DNA from: Gaiellales bacterium
GTDB lineage: Bacteria > Actinomycetota > Thermoleophilia > Gaiellales > JAICJC01
Reading direction: 5' to 3'
Length of the DNA stretch: 64,000 bases
Assembly: GCA_033856675.1 (NCBI GenBank)
Contig: JAWVEN010000004.1
Coordinates: 93,532-157,531, forward strand
Part shown: positions 17,669 through 26,911 of the stretch, piece by piece
Numbering within the stretch: position 1 is the stretch's first letter
How the letters are laid out: the number at the start of each line of letters is the position of its first letter
Program-made: the position numbers and the translations under genes
Notes under the pieces: generated by a model
The model's database searches: none
Told to the model about the DNA's origin: nothing
Seen by the model: only the letters and a program-made list of their open reading frames with translations

Positions 17669-18492
17669 CCGCCGGCCTCCGCCGTCAGCAGGGACAGCCG
17701 GTCGCCCGAGACCAGCGGCGTCTGCGGGTCGGCGTGGAACCGCTCCCCGTTCAGGGCCACGAGCGAGTGGGGCAGCAGTGCCGCCAGGCCGTCGAGTCGC
17801 TCGATCGCATGGCCGACGGTCGCTGCGGGCACCGTGGTTCGCGCGAACCCGAGCCGCTCGCGCAGGGTGCCGAACGCCTCGACCTCGATCTCGGGCTCCG
17901 GCTCGGCCAGCGCGGCCTCGTACTCCTCGCGGGTGTTCAGGTTGCGTAGCGACCCCGGCTCGTCGATGTCTCCGTCCTCGAGCCGGCGCACCGCCGCGCC
18001 GTCGAACAGGAAGGCCGGCCGCAGCCGGTCCTGGGCCAGCAGGCGCTCGACGGACGCAAGCAGCGACAGGCGGTAGGCCGCCGAAAGTGGGTGGTTGTGG
18101 CCGTCGGCCACCGGCAGCACGACGTCGTGCCCGTTCAGCGCCCGGGCGATGCTGCGCACGAAGCGCGGATGCAGGAGCGGGACGTCCACGCTCGAGACGA
18201 ATGCGACGTCACAGCGGCCCTCCAGCGCACGCATGCCGGCGGCGATGCCCTCCAGCGGGCCCCGGCCCGGGTTGCGGTCGACGATCAGCTCGACGCCCGG
18301 CAACGGCGGCAGTTCCTGGCCTTCGGCGTGCACCACGACGACCGGCGACGCCACGCGACCCAGCAGCCCGGTGACGCGGCGAACCAGCGGAGCTCCGTGC
18401 CAGTCGAGCATCGCCTTCGAGGCCCCCATCCGGGTTGAGCGGCCACCGGCGAGGACGATCGCCCCCAGCTCGATGTGTTCATCCGGCCTCAT
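17665..18492 (-). CDS. mobA: Molybdenum cofactor guanylyltransferase MobA fused to a C-terminal MoaD/ThiS-like domain
   Basis: MobA motif (LAGGRSTRMGASKAML). The last ~80 aa (IEVEAFGTLRERLG...LVALNGERF...VSGDRLSLLTAEAGG) have the MoaD/ThiS beta-grasp pattern and end in Gly-Gly immediately before the stop. Confidence 0.75.
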   Translation of the reverse strand: MRPDEHIELGAIVLAGGRSTRMGASKAMLDWHGAPLVRRVTGLLGRVASPVVVVHAEGQELPPLPGVELIVDRNPGRGPLEGIAAGMRALEGRCDVAFVSSVDVPLLHPRFVRSIARALNGHDVVLPVADGHNHPLSAAYRLSLLASVERLLAQDRLRPAFLFDGAAVRRLEDGDIDEPGSLRNLNTREEYEAALAEPEPEIEVEAFGTLRERLGFARTTVPAATVGHAIERLDGLAALLPHSLVALNGERFHADPQTPLVSGDRLSLLTAEAGG

Positions 18493-18535
18493 GGCGTTCC
18501 TCCGGCACCAATGGTATCGGTGAACGCGCTGCTTC

Positions 18536-20023
18536 TCAGTCGGTCAGCTCCCGCCCACGGCGCCGGAGAACCCGCTCGTCGCCGGTTCGGCGGGTGATTC
18601 CGTCGGCGTCGAGGCGTTCCAGGATGGCCTGTGCGTAGCGCCGCGACACCCCCAACCGGTCGCGCAGGGAGGCGATCGTGAGCGATCCGCTCCCGGTTGC
18701 GATGTCGACGGCCGCACGCCGCGCTTCGGCGAATGCGTCGGCGGTGAAGGCGAGGTCGCGCCCGCAGCGCACGATCCGGCCGGTCCCGGCGAGGTGCGCC
18801 GCCGCGGCCTGCTCGGCGGCCGTCAGCGGCGGGGGCGAGAGCGGCTCGGCGGCAAGGCGGGGATACAGCTCGTCGGCTCCTTCCGGCGACGGCAGCCGTG
18901 GAGGTGGCGCGGCTACGGCCGCCGCAGGCTCCGGGCGCGGCCTGCCGCTTCGGGTCGGCGCCGGGTCGAGCACCACACCGCCGGCCACCGTGGTGCGAGG
19001 CGCGGTCGAACGGATCACGACGCGGTCGCCGGCGGCGGCCACGGCCGGCCGCTCCAGGCGCAGCTGGACGACCCCCTCGGACCCACGTTCGACCGCGTCG
19101 CCGGCTCGGACGGCAACCCGTGCCGGCAGCTCCGCGGTTGCATGGTGCACCGTCACGGGCTCGCCGTGACGAAGCCCACCCACGACCTCGGGCAGCACGG
19201 TGATCCGGCACTCGAGGCGGTGCGACAACGACAGCGTGCCCGCGGTCAGGACGACATCGCCGCGAGTGACCTTCGTGCGCTCCACGCCGACCAGCGCCAG
19301 GGCCACCCGCTGACCGGCGCCGGCCGCATCGACGGCCTGATCGTGCACCTGCACGCTTCGCACGCGCACCTCGCGGCCGCCCGGCTCGATCGTCAGCATG
19401 TCCCCGGGCCGCACGGTGCCCGACCACAGCGTGCCCGTCACCACCGTGCCGATCCCGCGCAGGGTGAAGGAACGGTCGACCGGGAGCCGCACCGGGCCGT
19501 CGCCTCCGCGTGTCACGGCCCCGCCGGCCAGCCGGTCCAGCTCGGCGCGCAGCTCGTCGATCCCCTGCCGCGTGGTCGCAGAGACCTCGACCACGCGGAG
19601 GCCTGGGAACAGCTCCTCGACCTCCATGCGCACGATTTCGGCCGTCTCTGCGTCGACGAGGTCACGCTTGGTCAGCGCGACCACCCCGCGGTCGAGGCCA
19701 AGCAGGCGAAGGATGGCGAGGTGCTCCCGTGTCTGGGGCATGACCCCGTCGTCGCAGGCAACGGCGAGCAGAAACAGGTCGATCCCGGTCGCACCGGCCA
19801 CCATCGTGCGTACGAACCGCTCATGCCCGGGAACGTCGACCACCGAGAGCCTGCGCCCCGAGGGCAGCTCGAGCGGGGCGTAACCGAGCTCGATCGAGAT
19901 ACCGCGTGACTTCTCCTGCGGCAGGCGATCGGTGTCGACGCCGGTGAGCACGGCTACCAGTGCCGTCTTGCCGTGGTCGATGTGGCCGGCCGTGCCGAGC
20001 GTGAGGGGACGACTGTCGCTCAT
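18536..20023 (-). CDS. selB: Selenocysteine-specific elongation factor SelB
   Basis: GTPase motifs ([21 protein letters not shown]), EF-Tu-like domains II/III and C-terminal winged-helix repeats. Sits 5 nt downstream of selA. Confidence 0.9.
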   Translation of the reverse strand: MSDSRPLTLGTAGHIDHGKTALVAVLTGVDTDRLPQEKSRGISIELGYAPLELPSGRRLSVVDVPGHERFVRTMVAGATGIDLFLLAVACDDGVMPQTREHLAILRLLGLDRGVVALTKRDLVDAETAEIVRMEVEELFPGLRVVEVSATTRQGIDELRAELDRLAGGAVTRGGDGPVRLPVDRSFTLRGIGTVVTGTLWSGTVRPGDMLTIEPGGREVRVRSVQVHDQAVDAAGAGQRVALALVGVERTKVTRGDVVLTAGTLSLSHRLECRITVLPEVVGGLRHGEPVTVHHATAELPARVAVRAGDAVERGSEGVVQLRLERPAVAAAGDRVVIRSTAPRTTVAGGVVLDPAPTRSGRPRPEPAAAVAAPPPRLPSPEGADELYPRLAAEPLSPPPLTAAEQAAAAHLAGTGRIVRCGRDLAFTADAFAEARRAAVDIATGSGSLTIASLRDRLGVSRRYAQAILERLDADGITRRTGDERVLRRRGRELTD

Positions 20024-20028
20024 GCCGC

Positions 20029-21336
20029 TCAGCCCCGAGTGATCTGCTCGGACTCCTCGTCGGTGAGCGTCCGGCAGTCCAGCAGCACCCGGCCTTCCTG
20101 GACGCGGGCGATCACCGGCGGGTCGGCGGCGCGAAGCTCCGCGGCCAGCTGATCCCCACCTTCGAGCGCGCAGGCAAAGCTCTCCAGCTCCAGCAGCGGC
20201 AGCGCTCCGCCTCCCACCCGGGCGTTGGTCTGCACGACCTCGCCTCCCAGCCGGGCGGCGAGCCGCTCGGCCCGTTCCCGCACGGTCTCGGCCGGCGCAG
20301 CGGCCATCGCGAGCACGGGGACGCGGGCGACCGCCCTGGCGGGATCGCCGTACAGCTCGAGCGTTGCCTCGAGGGCCGCGAGCGAGAGCTTGTCGATGCG
20401 CACTGCTCGAGCCAGCGGGTGTCCCCGAAGCTTGGAGATTGCGTCCGTGCCGCCGGCGACGATGCCTGCCTGCGGACCGCCCAGCAGCTTGTCGCCCGAG
20501 AAGCAGACCAGGGTCGACCCCGCCTCCACGCTGGCGCGTGCGGTCGGCTCGTCGAGCAGGTCGGGGAGGTCGATCAGCGCACCCGAGCCGAGGTCGTCGA
20601 TCAGCGCGAGATCGTGCCGGGCGGCAAGGTCGGCGAGCTCGCCGAGCTCCGGGCGCGACGTGAAGCCGATCATCCGGAAGTTCGACTGGTGCACGCGCAG
20701 CACCGCCCGCGTCTCCTCTGTGATCGCCCGGTCGTAGTCCGCGAGTGTCGTGCGGTTGGTGGTGCCGACCTCGACCAGCCTCGCGCCGGAGCGGGCGAGG
20801 ATGTCGGGGATGCGAAACCCGTCCCCGATCTCGATCAGCTCACCGCGGCTGATCACCACCTCGCCCCCGGCGGCGAGCGCGGCGAGCGACAGCAGCAACG
20901 CGGCGGCGTTGTTGTTCACGGCCAGCCCGGCGTCGGCGCCCGTCAGCCGGGCGAGCAGACCGGAGAGGTGATCGTGCCGCGAGCCGCGCCGCCCTTCGCC
21001 GAGGTCGTACTCGAGCGTCGAATAGCCGGAGGCCACCTGGCGCACCCGCTCGAGCGCCTCTTCTGCCAGCGGCGCCCGGCCGAGGTTGGTGTGCACGATC
21101 ACGCCGGTTGCGTTGATCACCCGTCGTAGGCTCGGCGCGGTATCGAGCCGGGCCCCTGCGTCGGCCAGGAGCTCGGCGGGTGATCGTGGTCCCCCACTCG
21201 CTCGCGCGGCGGCCAGTGCGTCGCGCAGCGCGGCGACTGCAGCAGGCCGGCCATGACGGCCGATCAACCCCGTTGCCTCGGGCGTCCGCAGCAGTGCGTC
21301 GACCGACGGCAGCTCGCGAAGCGGGTTCGCCGTCAT
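20029..21336 (-). CDS. selA: L-seryl-tRNA(Sec) selenium transferase SelA
   Basis: N-terminus [16 protein letters not shown] and the PLP-lysine motif [13 protein letters not shown]. Start trimmed to the ATG at 21336; the ORF-track extension to 21555 is R/P/A-rich and overlaps the divergent gene. Confidence 0.9.
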   Translation of the reverse strand: MTANPLRELPSVDALLRTPEATGLIGRHGRPAAVAALRDALAAARASGGPRSPAELLADAGARLDTAPSLRRVINATGVIVHTNLGRAPLAEEALERVRQVASGYSTLEYDLGEGRRGSRHDHLSGLLARLTGADAGLAVNNNAAALLLSLAALAAGGEVVISRGELIEIGDGFRIPDILARSGARLVEVGTTNRTTLADYDRAITEETRAVLRVHQSNFRMIGFTSRPELGELADLAARHDLALIDDLGSGALIDLPDLLDEPTARASVEAGSTLVCFSGDKLLGGPQAGIVAGGTDAISKLRGHPLARAVRIDKLSLAALEATLELYGDPARAVARVPVLAMAAAPAETVRERAERLAARLGGEVVQTNARVGGGALPLLELESFACALEGGDQLAAELRAADPPVIARVQEGRVLLDCRTLTDEESEQITRG

Positions 21337-21359
21337 GAAGCCGATTGTAGGCTGTACAC

Positions 21360-22364
21360 GTGGCGACCAGCAGGCGGCCCCCTCTCTACACGATGCAGGC
21401 CGGCCCTCCGCGCCGGCGCCGGCGCCCATTCCTCTCGCCTTTCCGGCTGGCCGCGCTGATCGTCGTGCTGGTGGTGCTCGGCGCGTTCGCGGTGATGGTC
21501 TGGCGTGTGTTCCCACTGACGGATCGCGAGGCGGGCGCCATCCCCTCGAGCGCACTGACGGGCAGGGGCGCGCCGTCGAACGGTGGAGCCGAGCCGGCGC
21601 CCGCCGGGATGGCGCCGCTTGAGCTTCGCGGAGCGTCGAAGCGGGCGCTGCCGGGCGTGCAGGCGACGTCCGCCATCCTGGTGGATGCGGAGAGTGGTCA
21701 GGTGCTGTGGGCTCGCAGGCCGCATGCGAAGCAACCGGTCGCGAGCCTGACGAAGTTGATGACGTCGCTCCTTGCCGAGCGCGGCGGCGGCCTGCGGCGC
21801 GAGGTCACGATCACCGAAGCGATGACCAATGACCTCGGCTACACGATCGGCCTCAATCCAGGCGACACGATCAGCGTTCGCGACCTCCTGGCGGCCACGA
21901 TGATTGCGTCGGCGAACGATGCCTCTGATGCCCTCGCGGTCTACCGGTCCGGGTCGATCAATCGCTTCGTGAAGCTGATGAATGCGGAGGCGAAGAAGCT
22001 CGGCCTGTCGGACAGCCGCTACTCCAATCCCTCCGGGATCATCGACACCGGCAACCACAGCTCGGCGTGGGATGTCGCCGACCTGTCCCGGCTGTACATG
22101 ACTCGGCCCGTGCTGGCACGAATGGTGGGCATGAAGCTCTACCGGCCGGCGACCGGCTCGTCGTACGTCAGCCGCAACCGGCTCCTGTGGGACGAGCCGA
22201 CCGCGATCGGTGTCAAGACCGGCAGCACCGACCTGTCCGGCAAGTGCCTTGCGGCAGCGGCGCGGCAGGACGGACGACTGCTGATCGCCGTCGTGCTGGA
22301 TGCGAACGGCGACGAGTTCGCGCAGGCGCAGACGCTGCTACGGTGGGGCTTCAGGCAGCCGTGA
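21360..22364 (+). CDS. D-alanyl-D-alanine carboxypeptidase (S11, PBP5-like)
   Basis: SxxK (ASLTK), SxN (SAN) and KTG (VKTGST) motifs plus an N-terminal TM/signal segment. Start is GTG 21360 or ATG 21393. Confidence 0.85.
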   Translation: MATSRRPPLYTMQAGPPRRRRRPFLSPFRLAALIVVLVVLGAFAVMVWRVFPLTDREAGAIPSSALTGRGAPSNGGAEPAPAGMAPLELRGASKRALPGVQATSAILVDAESGQVLWARRPHAKQPVASLTKLMTSLLAERGGGLRREVTITEAMTNDLGYTIGLNPGDTISVRDLLAATMIASANDASDALAVYRSGSINRFVKLMNAEAKKLGLSDSRYSNPSGIIDTGNHSSAWDVADLSRLYMTRPVLARMVGMKLYRPATGSSYVSRNRLLWDEPTAIGVKTGSTDLSGKCLAAAARQDGRLLIAVVLDANGDEFAQAQTLLRWGFRQP

Positions 22365-25294
22365 GCTCGCCGGCCGGATTGTTCGACGGGTACCGCATCC
22401 TGGCGCCACCCTTCGGTGCAGAAGACGGTCGCCGGCTGGCCCGGGAGCTGTTCGGGGTGGATGGCGAGTCGACGGAGCTCGGCAGCCACCAGGACCGCAA
22501 CTTCAGGATCGTCCCAGCGGATGGCGACGCCGTCGTTCTGAAGATCGCGAACCCGCACTTCGGGCGCCCGTCGCTGGAGATGCAGAACGCCGCGATGGGG
22601 TACCTGGCCGGCGCCGGCCTGCCATTCGCAACCCCGCGGCCGGTGCCGTCACTCGACGGACGGCTGATCGTGCCGGTGGAGCGCGACGGGCTCGAGTACG
22701 ACGTGCGGATGGTGGGCTACCTGCCGGGTGAGCCGCTGACGGCGTGCGGCCATGTGTGCCCGTCGGCGCGCGTCGCCTACGGCAGGATGGCAGGCCGGAT
22801 TGCCCTCGCGCTCGCGCCGTTCGACCATCCAGCGGCCGACCGGGTCCTGCAATGGGATTTGAAGCATGCCCGCGCGGTGGTGGACGAGCTCGTTCGCTAC
22901 GTTGCCGATCCCGAGCGGCTGGCGCTCGTCGATCGCGCGATGCGGACGCACGACGCCGCCATGGAGCGCCTCGCGCCACAGCTCCGTGTCCAGGTGATCC
23001 ACGGCGACGTGACCGACTACAACGTGCTTGGGGAGCGCGACGCCGCGGGGCGGCTCCAGCCCACCGCGGTGATCGACTTCGGCGACATGACCCGGTCATT
23101 CCTCGCCGGAGAGGCGGCCGTGGCCGCGGCGGCGCTGGCCGGCCGTGACCCCGAGACGGCGCTCCAGACCATCGCCGACGTCGTGCGTGGCTTCCACGCC
23201 GAGCTGCCGCTGAGCGAGCCGGAGCTCGCGGCGGTGTTTCCGCTCGTCCTCGGCCGGGCGGCGTCCGGGGCGGTTTCGACAGAGCAGCAGGCGGGTCTCG
23301 AGCCCGAAAACCGCTATGCGAACGACCTGATCGACATCGACTGGGGCAATCTCGCCGCGGTCGCAGGGATCGATCCGGCCCTCGCCGAGGCGGCGATCCG
23401 AGCGGCCTGCGGGCTCGACCCCCATCCCGGCGCCGCGGGCGTGCACGCGTTCCTGCGTGGACGGCGGTTCACGCCGCCGGTCGATCCCGCGGGGCGGCGC
23501 CTGACACTGGCCGACCTCGGCGTCGCGTCGGGCAGCTACGCGTTCGGCGAGTGGGAGACAGCCGAGGGTGTCGCCCGCGCAGCCGGTTCGGCCCCCGGCG
23601 AGCTTTCGATCGGCCGTTACGGCGAGGCGCGGCTGCACCGCTCCGTGACGGGTGATGCCGCTGAGCCGCAGACCGTGCATCTGGGTGCCGACGTGTTCGC
23701 AGCCGAAGGTGAGCCGGTGCGGGCGCCACTCGCGGGCATGGTGATCTCGGTCGAAGGGGACCGGCTGACGATGCTGCTCGAGCCCGACGGCGTGCCGCCG
23801 GTGTACCTCCTCTTCGAGGGGATCAGGGCGAGCGCCCCACCGGGGCCGGTGTCCGAGGGCGAGCGGCTCGGCGAGGTGGCCCCCGCCGGGGGCCGGCCGC
23901 TTCCGCACCTGCATCTCCAGCTCGCCCTCGCCGACGTCGAATCGCTTCCGGGATGGGCCCCGCCGTCGCTTCGGGATGCCTGGCTGGCACTCTGCCCCGA
24001 CCCTTCGCCGCTGCTTGGCATTGACACGGCCGTGCACGAACCGCGTGCGTCCGACCTGCTCGTCCGCCGGCGCGGCGTTGTGGCGGGAGCCCAGCGCACG
24101 TACTTCGAGCAGCCGCCGGAGATGGTGCGTGGCTGGCGCAACCGGCTCTACGACGCCGACGGGCGTGAGTACCTCGACATGGTCAACAACGTCGCGGTGC
24201 TCGGGCACAGCCACCCGGCCGTCGCCGACGCGGCGACCCGCCAGATGCGCCTGCTGAACACCAACTCCCGGTTTCTGCTGAGCAGCATCACCCGGTTCGC
24301 CGAGCGGCTCGCCGAGCTCGTCCCCGACCCGCTCGGCGCGGTTTTTCTGGTCAGCTCGGGCAGCGAGGCGAACGAGCTGGCGCTTCGGATCGCCCGTACC
24401 GTCACCGGCCGGACGGATGTCCTGGCGGTCGAGGGCGCATACCACGGGTGGACGAGCGCAACCTTCGGGGTCAGCACCTCACCGGCCGACGATCCCGATG
24501 ACCCGCCCTCATGGCTTCGCGTCGTGCCGCAGCCGAACCCGTATCGGGGGGCACTCGGCACGCAGGCGGCTCCGTACGCCGATGCCGTTCGCGACCGAGC
24601 CGCGGGCGCCGCGGCGCTGATCTCCGAGCCGGTGCTCGGCAACGCCGGCGGGGTCATGCCACCGAAGGGCTACGTCGAGCAGGCCTACGCGCACGTGCGC
24701 GAGGCGGGAGGCCTGTGCATCGCCGATGAGGTGCAGGTGGGCTACGGCCGGCTGGGCCACTGGTTCTGGGCGTTCGAGGGACAGGGCGTCGTGCCCGACA
24801 TCGTCACGGTCGCCAAGGCCACCGGCAACGGTCATCCACTCGGCGCTGTGATCACGACGCGCGAGATCGCCGACGCGTTCGGCGACCGGCACAGCTTCTT
24901 CAGCTCCGTCGGCGGCTCACCCGTGTCGTGCGAGATCGGTATCGCCGTGCTCGACACCATCCGCGACGAGCGCCTGCAGCAGAACGCGCGTGACGTCGGC
25001 GCGCGCCTGCGCGCCGGACTGGAGGAGCTGGCGGAGCGCCACGCCCTGATCGGCGCCGTGCACGGCACCGGCCTCTACCTCGGTGCCGAGCTGGTGCGCG
25101 ACCATGGCACGCTGGAGCCGGCCACCGAGGAGGCCTACGCGATCTGCGAGCGGTTGCGCGAGCTGGGCGTGATCGACCAGCCGACCGCCGACCACGAGAA
25201 CGTCCTCAAGGTGAAGCCGCCGCTCTGCATCAGCGCCGAGGACGCGGACGCGTTCGTGGCGCGGCTCGACCGGGTGCTCACCGAGGGGTGGTAG
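22361..25294 (+). CDS. Triple-fusion protein: APH/hydroxylysine-kinase-like phosphotransferase + M23/LytM-like domain + class-III (AGXT2L-like) PLP enzyme
   Basis: GTG at 22361 overlaps the upstream TGA. Kinase motifs (HQDRNFRIV, IHGDVTDYNVL, VIDFGDM). M23 motifs HLGAD (23678-23692) and HLHLQ (23906-23920). Aminotransferase-III motifs (DEVQVGYGRLG; PLP Lys in VAKATGNGHPLG at 24815-24817). Confidence 0.8.
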   Translation: MSSPAGLFDGYRILAPPFGAEDGRRLARELFGVDGESTELGSHQDRNFRIVPADGDAVVLKIANPHFGRPSLEMQNAAMGYLAGAGLPFATPRPVPSLDGRLIVPVERDGLEYDVRMVGYLPGEPLTACGHVCPSARVAYGRMAGRIALALAPFDHPAADRVLQWDLKHARAVVDELVRYVADPERLALVDRAMRTHDAAMERLAPQLRVQVIHGDVTDYNVLGERDAAGRLQPTAVIDFGDMTRSFLAGEAAVAAAALAGRDPETALQTIADVVRGFHAELPLSEPELAAVFPLVLGRAASGAVSTEQQAGLEPENRYANDLIDIDWGNLAAVAGIDPALAEAAIRAACGLDPHPGAAGVHAFLRGRRFTPPVDPAGRRLTLADLGVASGSYAFGEWETAEGVARAAGSAPGELSIGRYGEARLHRSVTGDAAEPQTVHLGADVFAAEGEPVRAPLAGMVISVEGDRLTMLLEPDGVPPVYLLFEGIRASAPPGPVSEGERLGEVAPAGGRPLPHLHLQLALADVESLPGWAPPSLRDAWLALCPDPSPLLGIDTAVHEPRASDLLVRRRGVVAGAQRTYFEQPPEMVRGWRNRLYDADGREYLDMVNNVAVLGHSHPAVADAATRQMRLLNTNSRFLLSSITRFAERLAELVPDPLGAVFLVSSGSEANELALRIARTVTGRTDVLAVEGAYHGWTSATFGVSTSPADDPDDPPSWLRVVPQPNPYRGALGTQAAPYADAVRDRAAGAAALISEPVLGNAGGVMPPKGYVEQAYAHVREAGGLCIADEVQVGYGRLGHWFWAFEGQGVVPDIVTVAKATGNGHPLGAVITTREIADAFGDRHSFFSSVGGSPVSCEIGIAVLDTIRDERLQQNARDVGARLRAGLEELAERHALIGAVHGTGLYLGAELVRDHGTLEPATEEAYAICERLRELGVIDQPTADHENVLKVKPPLCISAEDADAFVARLDRVLTEGW

Positions 25295-25354
25295 TGCGGC
25301 CGTCGCGTGATACGAATCGATTTTCGCCCGCCATTCCAACCTCCTGGCGCAACG

Positions 25355-26047
25355 TTACCCTGCGGAGTTCGGTGACTCTACCGGGTGCTCACCGAGGGCT
25401 GTAGGCCGGTCGGGCCGGATCTGCCGCGGGTAGAACCCGAGACGGGCGAGCGGCTCGACGAGCTCGTGCTCTTCGTAGGAAAGGTGCGAGATCAGCGAGT
25501 CGGTCAGGAAGTCGATCGCCGCCTGGAGACCGCTGTGGTCGCCGGGGTGATTGATGTTCTCGACGAGGGCTCGGTCGACCGCCTGGATGGCGTCGTGGAT
25601 GACGAGATGCTCGTCCGTCAGCCGGTCGATGACCGGCGCGAGCTCCGGCTCGCTGCTCGCGAGGTGGGGGAAGATCGCTGTGTCCTCGAGGCCGTGGTGA
25701 GCAGCGACCACGCCGCAGTAGCGAGAGCAGAAGGCTCCGAGCGTCCAGTCGTTCTGGCGGAGCGCCATCTCGTTCAGCGCCGAGCGGGCGTCTGCGGCAC
25801 TCGTCACGTCGTCGTGCACCTCGGCGAGGATCTCGCGCAGCTCACCGAGCTCCTTGCGGAGCATGTCGTGGACGTCGATCAGGTGCTTCCCCACGAGGCG
25901 TCCGCGAGTCGTGTAGGCCACGTCCTCCCCCGACTCCTGACGGTGTGGGCGGGTCGACTCGTCCCACGCCGGGGTGGGGCTGTGGCGGGTGCCGTCGTCG
26001 GGTGTCGGCGTGACGCCGAGCCGGCCGTACTGCGACTCCTCAGCCAT
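25355..26047 (-). CDS. Hemerythrin (HHE cation-binding) domain protein
   Basis: Repeated H...E and HHxxE spacing (HLIDVHDMLRKE, AAHHGLEDTAIFPH, TDEHLVIHD, ISHLSYEEHEL). Confidence 0.65.
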   Translation of the reverse strand: MAEESQYGRLGVTPTPDDGTRHSPTPAWDESTRPHRQESGEDVAYTTRGRLVGKHLIDVHDMLRKELGELREILAEVHDDVTSAADARSALNEMALRQNDWTLGAFCSRYCGVVAAHHGLEDTAIFPHLASSEPELAPVIDRLTDEHLVIHDAIQAVDRALVENINHPGDHSGLQAAIDFLTDSLISHLSYEEHELVEPLARLGFYPRQIRPDRPTALGEHPVESPNSAG

Positions 26048-26059
26048 CGGGACGAGGCC

Positions 26060-26911
26060 CTACAGCTCGCGCTTGATGTATGACGCCTCCATACCTGCCA
26101 CCAGCACCACGATCAGCGCGATGTAGACCGTCCCGACGATCACGCGCTGCTGCCAGCTGGTCTGGTGGTAGGCGCGCGATTCCGGGTCGTTTCGCTTCGA
26201 CCAGCGGCTGTACAGCTCGTAGCCGCCGAGCAGCAGGATCAGCAGCAGGATCAGGTTGTGGTGCAGGAAGAACAGCAGCGCCACGACGAACAGGCCGACG
26301 AACCAGAACACGGGATGAAACGCTGCGGCGGCCCGGCCGCCGTCGAGCGGCAGCACGGGGATCAGGTTGAGCAGGTTGAGGAAGAAGCCGGTGTAGGAGA
26401 TGGCACGCAGCAGGTCGCTGTCCATGGTCACCGCGAGCGCGAAGCACGCACCCGCGCCGAGCGTGCCGATGACCGGGCCGGCGAGGCCGACCTTCGCCTC
26501 CACGAAGGCGTTCTTCGGCAACTGCTTCATGCCCACGAACGCGCCCAGGAATGGGATGAACAGCGGTGCCGTGAAAGGAACGCCCTCGCGGCGCAGCTGA
26601 AGCACGTGCCCCATCTCGTGGATGAACAGCAGCACGGTGAAGCCCACGGCGAAGCGCCAGCCCCAGATCGTTGCGTAGGCGGCGATCGACACCAGGAACG
26701 TGACGCCGGTGCTGAGGAACTTGATGCCCTTGAGCGCGATCAGGAGTGGGCCGGCGACCTTCCACAGCAGCAGCCCGCCGGCGATGACCGGCGCCAGGAG
26801 GCGGCGCAGCCAGTGGCGCTGCGGAGGCGACGGGTGCGGGACCGGCTCCGGATCGGCCGGCCGCCACTCGGTCTTCGTGGGGCGGTCGAAGTGATTCGGG
26901 TCCCAGCTCAC
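26060..26911 (-). CDS. M50 (site-2 protease family) membrane metalloprotease
   Basis: HEMGH zinc motif inside a TM helix, plus NLLNLIPVLPLDGG as the second motif. Start trimmed to the GTG at 26911, which forms a GTGA overlap with the moaD::moaE stop. Confidence 0.8.
   Translation of the reverse strand: MSWDPNHFDRPTKTEWRPADPEPVPHPSPPQRHWLRRLLAPVIAGGLLLWKVAGPLLIALKGIKFLSTGVTFLVSIAAYATIWGWRFAVGFTVLLFIHEMGHVLQLRREGVPFTAPLFIPFLGAFVGMKQLPKNAFVEAKVGLAGPVIGTLGAGACFALAVTMDSDLLRAISYTGFFLNLLNLIPVLPLDGGRAAAAFHPVFWFVGLFVVALLFFLHHNLILLLILLLGGYELYSRWSKRNDPESRAYHQTSWQQRVIVGTVYIALIVVLVAGMEASYIKREL

Noticed and set aside
18493-21359. Search for tRNA-Sec (selC) flanking selA/selB, and for tRNAs generally (T-loop GGTTCGA, anticodon-loop CTTCAAA)
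   Set aside because: The gaps are only 43 nt and 23 nt. The few GTTCGA-like strings in the window (for example 59411-59418) lack complementary T-stems. No tRNA could be supported by eye, so a proper scan is still needed.
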